This document shows, piece by piece, positions 57,399 to 64,000 of a stretch of 64,000 bases of DNA. Where the stretch lies: positions 434,001 to 498,000 of the IMG/VR virus record IMGVR_UViG_3300028654_000001. The stretch is one strand, 5' to 3'. Position 1 is the first letter of the stretch, and every line of letters starts with the position of its first letter. A model generated the notes under the pieces. The model ran no database searches, had not been told where the DNA came from, and saw only the letters and a list, made by a program, of their open reading frames with translations. The position numbers were made by a program, and so were the translations under genes.

Positions 57399-58793
57399 AT
57401 GACTGTATCACCGCTTGTTAGAGTTCAGTTCTCTTCCGATCTCTCCCACGCTTGGAACCCTACGTCAGGAGGGGTGGATGTTACTCCTGGGGATACTGTT
57501 AGTATCCAGCTGGATGACACCCTCGGAGTTGGATCTTGGTATCTAACGGTGGTGGGTGTTGATGAAGTCACGGCTAACCCTCCAGTCCTTGTCAATGTAT
57601 TGACGAGCCCAGACACTCCTGGGCTCGTTGTCAGTCCAACCTCTATTGTATCCTTTACAGTTCCAGTTGGACGTGGTCAAGCATACATACTAAGATCTTC
57701 AGTCAATGGCCCAAGTATCACCACTACTTTCGGGATATTCGTCAGAACTGCTGCTGGTTTTAGGGTAGGAGCTGTCGGAGAAAGGTTCGAGGGGGATCCA
57801 GTCTTTGGTTGGACCACAACCCTAAACCAATTCATTCGTAATGGAGGTGGTGGGGGTGGGGGGCCTGCAGCAGCCCTCCAAACAACAACGGGGAACGTAG
57901 ATGTCTCCGGGGCAGCAGCCCCCTCTACTGGAGAGGTTCTCACAGCGGTTGATTCAACTCATGCTACCTGGCAACCAGGAGGCAGTGCACCCGCTCTGCC
58001 TTGGTCGGCAACCGGTAATAACCCAGGCGACGATATACTACCCAGTGAGATTTTTCCTGAACCTATCTACAGTCTCTTCTTTGACACCGCTGGTGATGGT
58101 AACCCGCTCGGGATAATGACGGATAGGCTAAGTGTTAGGGCTGTGGCTCTTAAATCATCCCCCGACCCAACCATCCCATCAAACTTCGATGGAGTAACTT
58201 TGGTTGACTTCGATCGGGTTCTACTAACTAGAGAGTCCTCTGGTAACAATGGTATCCGCTTCTTTTTCAGAGGTTCTTTAGTTGCTTGGACCCCACCGTG
58301 GATGACATGTGGGTTCCAAGTTTATGTAACCGATGGTGAGATCTATAAAGGAAAGACCTTCAGACAGATAACACCAGGAAATCCAGCCCCACCTTCGTCA
58401 TTTGGTGCCCAGGTTTGGGAATGCGATATTGGACCTCACATTGCACCCCCACTTTCCACGTACAATGGTTCAGGAGACGCTGTTACCTGGCACCTACTTG
58501 ACACTATTCCTGGACCTCCAGCAAATGGTTATGACCTGATTGTTGTAACAGACAGTGTTGCAACCAACACAGGTACTGGGGACAATCTCCAGAGAGAACG
58601 CGGAGCGGTCACCTACCACTTCGCAGGAGGGACTCTAACATTATCCGATGATAGTCGATCCCTCACATCAACTGACTACTTCAAACAGGTGATCAACGTT
58701 AACACTGTTCAACTCCAGGTTGGCCAACAGACAACTGGAAACAATTACAGCTTCAGAGTCCGAGCTTGGTTTGAGTATGTGAGGTCGATCTAA
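57399..58793 (+). CDS. Putative virion/tail fibre protein
   Basis: Gly linker, PSTGEVLTA...ATWQ fibre motif, beta-rich. Confidence 0.65.
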   Translation: MTVSPLVRVQFSSDLSHAWNPTSGGVDVTPGDTVSIQLDDTLGVGSWYLTVVGVDEVTANPPVLVNVLTSPDTPGLVVSPTSIVSFTVPVGRGQAYILRSSVNGPSITTTFGIFVRTAAGFRVGAVGERFEGDPVFGWTTTLNQFIRNGGGGGGGPAAALQTTTGNVDVSGAAAPSTGEVLTAVDSTHATWQPGGSAPALPWSATGNNPGDDILPSEIFPEPIYSLFFDTAGDGNPLGIMTDRLSVRAVALKSSPDPTIPSNFDGVTLVDFDRVLLTRESSGNNGIRFFFRGSLVAWTPPWMTCGFQVYVTDGEIYKGKTFRQITPGNPAPPSSFGAQVWECDIGPHIAPPLSTYNGSGDAVTWHLLDTIPGPPANGYDLIVVTDSVATNTGTGDNLQRERGAVTYHFAGGTLTLSDDSRSLTSTDYFKQVINVNTVQLQVGQQTTGNNYSFRVRAWFEYVRSI

Positions 58794-60616
58794 TGCGCAC
58801 AATTGCAAGGGCCCCTGAGTGGGTTCTAGGAAGCAAACCTCCACTAAGTGGAGGTCATATGTGGGTTCCACTTGGATCGACAGATCTAGTACCGCGCATC
58901 AATACCACTACTGGAATTATTGACAGCACAATTACAGTAGTAGGTGACCCTCAAGCAATAGTATGGGATGGGGGATCCTACATGTATGTGGCTGAAAAGG
59001 ATAGTCAACTAGTCCAAAGAGTTAGTATCTTCAGATTAGCTATGGACACTACTACTAACATTGGGTCCCATCCGGTTGAACTGGCTTGTGACGCCAACTT
59101 TGTGTATGCGGTTGGCGATGAGAACACACTCACCAGAATAAATATACTATCGGGGACCATCTTAGAGTCGGCTATCAATTTTAGTGGTAGTGATGGTGTC
59201 CCCAACAAAGTGGCCTGGGGCGGCAGCGATAGCATGTATGTCACTGCCAATAATATTAACCCAAACACGAATAACCTCCTGAAAGTCTCGACGTCAAGCT
59301 GGCTTGACTTTTCTTCAATACGTTTACTGAACGCCCCCAACCCGTGGGGTGTTGCACGGGATGGATCAGATCACATATACACAGCGAATTTTGGTCAAGG
59401 AACTGTCTCGAGGATCATTGCCTCCACTGGGGTCCTTGACCTGGTCATTCCTGTTGGTCAATCTCCAATTGACCTTACATGGGATGGGGGTTCCTACATC
59501 TATGTAGTGGACCAGAGTGGGTCAGTTTACAGAATTCTGATCTCAACGGGAGTTGTTGACTCAATCATTCCTGTTGGAGAAAACTCATATAGGATCGCGT
59601 GGGATGGTGCAGATCATATGTATGTCACTAACAGTGGCACCAACACGGTATCACGTATCCTGATCTCTTCAGGAGCTGTTGATGCAACCATTAGTTTGGG
59701 TACCTCTAGCCCCTCAGGTATTGCATGGGATGGTGGTTCCTACATGTATGTTGCCTTTGAAAGCCCTGCAAACATAGTCAAAAGGATTTTGATCTCTTCC
59801 GGTGCCGTAGTAGGTGGGTCTATCCCTGTGGGTAACGAACCAGTTGTTATTGCATGGGATGGTGGTTCCTACATGTATGTTGTTAACCAAAATGACAACA
59901 CAGTTACCAGGATAGCTATATCAGACTTGAGTACCACTACGATCATTAGTGCTGAAACCAACCCCTTCGGTGTTGCATGGGATGGTGGTTCCTACATGTA
60001 TGTCGTTGGTCGTGGTGGGAATACTGCTCACCGGATTCAAGTATCGACGGGTTCTCTACTTGGCACTGCAATAACACTTGGGAACTCTCCACGTGCTATC
60101 ATGTGGGATGGTGGAACCCAGATGTTCGCTGTCAATAGTGTTGACGCTACAGTGTCCAGAATAGATATTACCGGAACACCCTCAGTTGACATGACCATCC
60201 CGCTTCTCAACGACTTTGAGGGTGTTGCATGGGATGGCTCAGATCACATTTATGTGGTTAGTTCATTAACCAACCAAGTGATCAGAATCACATTGTTAGA
60301 TAGTATTGATGCTAGGATCTCTGTAGGGAGTACTCCAAGGAAAGCCGCGTGGGATGGTGCAGATCATATGTATATTACCAACTCAGGTGACGGAACCGTT
60401 TCACGTATACTAATCTCTTCAGGAGAGGTTGACGCCACTATCACTGTTGGGACAAGCCCAGATGAGATCGCATGGGACGGAGCGGATCATATGTATGTGA
60501 ACAACAGAGGTAGTAACAATGTTTCACGTATACTAATCTCCTCTGGAACGGTTGATGCCACTATTAGTGTGGCTGGTGTCCCGAGTGGCCTCGCATGGGA
60601 TGGCCCTCTAAGGTAA
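58793..60616 (+). CDS. Beta-propeller repeat (YVTN-like) protein, putative receptor-binding
   Basis: ~14 repeats of P..IAWDG...MYV.N....TVSRI. Confidence 0.8.
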   Translation: MRTIARAPEWVLGSKPPLSGGHMWVPLGSTDLVPRINTTTGIIDSTITVVGDPQAIVWDGGSYMYVAEKDSQLVQRVSIFRLAMDTTTNIGSHPVELACDANFVYAVGDENTLTRINILSGTILESAINFSGSDGVPNKVAWGGSDSMYVTANNINPNTNNLLKVSTSSWLDFSSIRLLNAPNPWGVARDGSDHIYTANFGQGTVSRIIASTGVLDLVIPVGQSPIDLTWDGGSYIYVVDQSGSVYRILISTGVVDSIIPVGENSYRIAWDGADHMYVTNSGTNTVSRILISSGAVDATISLGTSSPSGIAWDGGSYMYVAFESPANIVKRILISSGAVVGGSIPVGNEPVVIAWDGGSYMYVVNQNDNTVTRIAISDLSTTTIISAETNPFGVAWDGGSYMYVVGRGGNTAHRIQVSTGSLLGTAITLGNSPRAIMWDGGTQMFAVNSVDATVSRIDITGTPSVDMTIPLLNDFEGVAWDGSDHIYVVSSLTNQVIRITLLDSIDARISVGSTPRKAAWDGADHMYITNSGDGTVSRILISSGEVDATITVGTSPDEIAWDGADHMYVNNRGSNNVSRILISSGTVDATISVAGVPSGLAWDGPLR

Positions 60617-60634
60617 ACCAACCAAACTTGTGAC

Positions 60635-61102
60635 TTACTTTTGGAATGGTAGCACTCTAACTAAAACCTCTTGAAACTGTGGGTTACTTAATGCCCCAAA
60701 TCTCTTCAATCTAATGAGTCTCATACAAGTACAACCTGAGTTCCCAGTAAGAAAGTGAAGGGCGAGGGCATTTACGAGACCTGACCGGTTAAGTCCAGCC
60801 ATGCACGTTGTCAAAACATTTTTCCCACTATGAACCGCGGCAGCAATCTCTTTACTTGTACTGATAGCCCTTAGAAGCTCATTACGGGTTGGCTCTCTGA
60901 AGGGGTCATCAGCATTAGGGGAGTAGATCACCGAAACGGAATCAGGAAATAGTGATCTTGGGGGCTGCCATTCCTCAGCACACAAAACTAATACATTGAA
61001 GTTATACCTAACCAAGTATTTTGAGATGGAATGCCTGGAACCTTGCCATAGGTTTGGTACAATCTCGCTTAGGTCTTCAATCTTACCCATGCCAACTACC
61101 AT
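60635..61102 (-). CDS. Dual-specificity protein phosphatase
   Basis: CMAGLNRSG (Cx5R), NLWQGS, NPQF. Confidence 0.88.
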   Translation of the reverse strand: MVVGMGKIEDLSEIVPNLWQGSRHSISKYLVRYNFNVLVLCAEEWQPPRSLFPDSVSVIYSPNADDPFREPTRNELLRAISTSKEIAAAVHSGKNVLTTCMAGLNRSGLVNALALHFLTGNSGCTCMRLIRLKRFGALSNPQFQEVLVRVLPFQK

Positions 61103-61183
61103 ACTAACACTCTAGATACTAGGTATCAACTGAGCCCTTGTTAAGAGAACAATTTTTCAATAAACCTTTGACATAAGGTTGTT

Positions 61184-61807
61184 GTGACAGAACCAAAAGC
61201 ACCCCCACCGCGGCCAATGAACCAGTTTAGAGCTACAGGTACCCACTATGATTTACCTAAAAGGGAACCAGATCTTGAGATTGTTGATGTAGGGGCTCGT
61301 CAGGAATTACAAGAGCTCAACAGACAACTTGAGTTAGTCAGAGAGAATAACGAAGAGCTAGAGAGAGAGAACAAGGATCTTGAGCACAAGGTTGACATAC
61401 TCACAATCCGCCTCAATAACTTTGAATTCTCTACACTTGAGCGCCTGGCTAAGCCAAGTCAAAGCTCGCTGCCGGCCTCAACCAGAATCAAGAAGTGGAC
61501 AGTAATAGGAAGTATCATTGCAGCTCTGATAGCAGCAGGCGGAGCAGTCACCTCTTCGGTCATCAATAGTAGGTCGAACACTCTAAGCAAAGCTCAATTG
61601 GCTACTCAAGCTGATGAGACCAGAAGACTCATTTCAGCCGCACAAAAAAGTACAGAAGAGTCATTCAATGCGGGTGCTCGAGAAGGTGCTCGTTTGACTG
61701 CGATTGATTATGAAAAGAACAAACCCATCCCACCCATCAAGAAACCACCAACACCTGTAAAAAAGAGAGTGGCACCAAAGCCTCCGGTAGTAATCCAGGT
61801 ACCTTGA
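61184..61807 (+). CDS. Coiled-coil single-pass membrane protein
   Basis: Coiled coil, TM segment VIGSIIAALIAAGG, Pro-rich tail. Confidence 0.65.
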   Translation: MTEPKAPPPRPMNQFRATGTHYDLPKREPDLEIVDVGARQELQELNRQLELVRENNEELERENKDLEHKVDILTIRLNNFEFSTLERLAKPSQSSLPASTRIKKWTVIGSIIAALIAAGGAVTSSVINSRSNTLSKAQLATQADETRRLISAAQKSTEESFNAGAREGARLTAIDYEKNKPIPPIKKPPTPVKKRVAPKPPVVIQVP

Positions 61808-61832
61808 TGCCACTCGTCACTTAGTCAACTCG

Positions 61833-63482
61833 TTAGAGTTGAACTTGATTGATAGTCTCGATCCAGTGCCCATTGCCTGTACCAGTGATGAACGCGTTCA
61901 TCACTTTGAACACCTCATCGCTAAAACCCCCGATGTTGAGAACATCAACATTATCCTTCACTTGGGTGGTCGTGTGCGGGGTGATGTCAATGCAAACGAG
62001 CTTTGCATTCGGGTTACGGGTCTTGAGCTTCTCCCATTCGTCAGCCATTGAAGTCGGCTTCGGGCCTCGACTCCCCCAGTAGGATTCATAGACCCTACCC
62101 ATCCCGCCACCATGACTCCATGACTCATAATCGGAAACGAAGATCACAACATCTACCTTCCTATTATCTTTGTTCATCACCTGTAGAGGAGAGGCACAGT
62201 TCGTGGACCCACCGCCGACTGCCGCAAGAATCCCGGCGTTCTTCATGATGGTGTTGTTTGAGTTCAACTTCACATCAGTCCGAACATCACCTTCGAACGG
62301 GTACACTTGAGCACGAGGATTCTTCCTCAGCAAGCAGGAAGAGATCAAAGCTGCCACATCGACACACATTACGGTGGTTGTTGAGCCCTTTCGCTCACCC
62401 GTAACCGGGCTCCGCATTGACCCAGAGACGTCCGTGCAGATAGCTACCTCGAGACCCTCGAAGGCAGGAACGTTAACCGTTGCCACCTCCATAGCTACCT
62501 CGAGAGCATGCTCAATCTCCTTGGGCATGTTGACCGGCTTCTCATCCTTGTGCCAGGTGCTACCCTCATTGATGGCTTTGTAAGCCGTCATGATCTGGTA
62601 TGGAAAGACATTCGCCTTCCTGATGAGATCCGTATGGTTTAGCTTCTCTACCACTAGCTTCACCATCTTGGGATCAGTGAAGACACCGTGACGAGCAAAG
62701 GTGTTGAGACTCCTGAAAGTCTGGAACCAAGAAGCCTTAGTAGCCACAGCTTTCCAGTCCTCCGGGCTTAACTGGAGACCGAGCAGCATCTCGAAAGGTG
62801 CGTTCGGTATCTCACCTACCGGGGAAGCCTTGAAGGCCTCATACGAGGCAATCAGAGCTGGCACGGCCTCACTCACAGTGAAGGGCAGACCTTCGAACTT
62901 ACCCTCCTTCTTACCGATCAGGTAAGCATAGAGGGCAGACCTCTGAGCGGACGTCGGGGCTACCCGAGCCATCTTTACGATATCACCCAGGGTCGGTTTA
63001 TCACCAACTGACTGGAAGAAGATCTGCTCATCAGTCCTGGAATTAAACCAGGCCGTGACCATTCTCTTGAGCCGCTGAGCTGACAGATTATGCCGCCCAA
63101 AAGACCCAGACCGGATCATCTGCGCGAAGTTACGCAGCATCTTGCCATTATTGATGACCCTCGGGAACACCTGAGCACAGAGGTCAGGATCCCTAGCTGC
63201 TAGGTAGGAGACCAGGGCTGCCGGCATGTCCTTCATGAACCCACTCTCGCGGGCATAGACTGCCACCTTGGCCAGGAACAATGGATGTGCCTGACGTGCA
63301 AGGGTCAGAACCTGAGCCAACTGATCTTCGGCCTTCGTGTAATAAGTGTTGTTAAAACAACCAGTTACACTTAACTGTGCAAGAGCCGCTTCAGCTTCCA
63401 TGCTGTAGGCCGCCGCCCCAGCATAGTTCACTACCGTCGCATCTTGGACAGACTTACGCCCTGCTTTCTTCGACGACTTCAT
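61833..63482 (-). CDS. rsr: Ro60/Rsr TROVE-domain RNA-binding protein
   Basis: VNYAGAAAY, GCFNNTYY, AVYARE..FMKD, VFPYQ, vWA DVSGSM, GGSTN, VSDYE, IGGFSD. Confidence 0.92.
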   Translation of the reverse strand: MKSSKKAGRKSVQDATVVNYAGAAAYSMEAEAALAQLSVTGCFNNTYYTKAEDQLAQVLTLARQAHPLFLAKVAVYARESGFMKDMPAALVSYLAARDPDLCAQVFPRVINNGKMLRNFAQMIRSGSFGRHNLSAQRLKRMVTAWFNSRTDEQIFFQSVGDKPTLGDIVKMARVAPTSAQRSALYAYLIGKKEGKFEGLPFTVSEAVPALIASYEAFKASPVGEIPNAPFEMLLGLQLSPEDWKAVATKASWFQTFRSLNTFARHGVFTDPKMVKLVVEKLNHTDLIRKANVFPYQIMTAYKAINEGSTWHKDEKPVNMPKEIEHALEVAMEVATVNVPAFEGLEVAICTDVSGSMRSPVTGERKGSTTTVMCVDVAALISSCLLRKNPRAQVYPFEGDVRTDVKLNSNNTIMKNAGILAAVGGGSTNCASPLQVMNKDNRKVDVVIFVSDYESWSHGGGMGRVYESYWGSRGPKPTSMADEWEKLKTRNPNAKLVCIDITPHTTTQVKDNVDVLNIGGFSDEVFKVMNAFITGTGNGHWIETINQVQL

Positions 63483-63670
63483 GATTATCTCTCCATTTCC
63501 ACCGAAGTGGAACAAGTTGCCCCAATAATTGAGGACCGTCACTTATACACTACCTTTTGAGACGTGCAAGGTAAAATCGACAGGAACCTCAAAAAGGGTT
63601 ATCCCACAATGTGGCCAAGTTATGAAAATTACTTGACTTTTTGAGACGCCCTTCGGTGTAGAGAGTGGAC

Positions 63671-64000
63671 ATGGCTGAAGATCCGTCCACCCTGATAGGC
63701 CAGGGAGTTGCTGACGCTTTAGGAATGCCCTTCGAAACCCGGAAACCGGATGATCCTTTCCTGGTCAACTGGGATGGTACTTATCAGGCTAGTGAGTATC
63801 ATCAACTAAGACCTGGACAGTGGACTGACGATACAATGATGGCCAAGATCGTCATGGAGAGCCTATACATCTGTGGTGGGTTTTACCCAAGGGACATCGC
63901 CCAAAGGTACCAACACTGGTACCTCGCTGGTCCTCTACGAGGCATGGGGACTACCACAAAGAAGGCAATGCAGAACCTTCGAGCTGGAATGTCTTGGAGC
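63671..64000 (+). CDS. ADP-ribosylglycohydrolase (partial)
   Basis: Manual translation: LIGQGVADALGMPFE...GQWTDDTMMA...RGMGTTT. Confidence 0.88.
   Translation, partial: MAEDPSTLIGQGVADALGMPFETRKPDDPFLVNWDGTYQASEYHQLRPGQWTDDTMMAKIVMESLYICGGFYPRDIAQRYQHWYLAGPLRGMGTTTKKAMQNLRAGMSWS

Noticed and set aside
58793-60616. CRISPR array or DGR repeats
   Set aside because: The repeats (gcatgggatggtggttcctacatgtatgt) are in-frame propeller blades; no cas or RT gene and no adenine-specific variation.

Overview
A 64-kb segment of a large (jumbo-type) dsDNA phage genome, mostly encoded on the minus strand. Left (1-23 kb): DNA recombination, replication and repair genes (intein-containing Mre11/SbcD, half-length Rad50/SbcC, RecA, RuvC-like resolvase, SSB, RecD2, an NAD-dependent ligase split in two by a nuclease gene, class II RNR, Pol III delta/delta'), plus GroEL, Tpt1/KptA, a DEDD exonuclease, a vWA protein and nucleases. 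Middle (23.9-46.2 kb): one co-oriented RNA array with 47 tRNA genes read by eye (44 distinct anticodons, i.e. every non-A34 sense anticodon except Val-CAC), a tmRNA, eight Y-RNA-like genes, several unclassified structured RNAs, HNH nucleases fused to tRNA 5' ends and small cargo ORFs. Right (46-64 kb): DNA MTase, two sigma-like genes, a possible origin, dcd, def, tail-like proteins, a phosphatase, Ro60/TROVE and a partial ADP-ribosylglycohydrolase. Best candidate for an undescribed system is a translation-stress-sensing RNA replacement operon. It has a sigma70-like promoter, then a 50-codon leader peptide using all 20 amino acids and 41 different codons, then an antiterminator/terminator switch ahead of the array. 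Inside the array, mini-ORFs rich in the cognate codon run into individual tRNAs, and modular Y RNAs could partner the phage Ro60. All calls were made by eye without database searches; RNA end coordinates may be off by a few nt.
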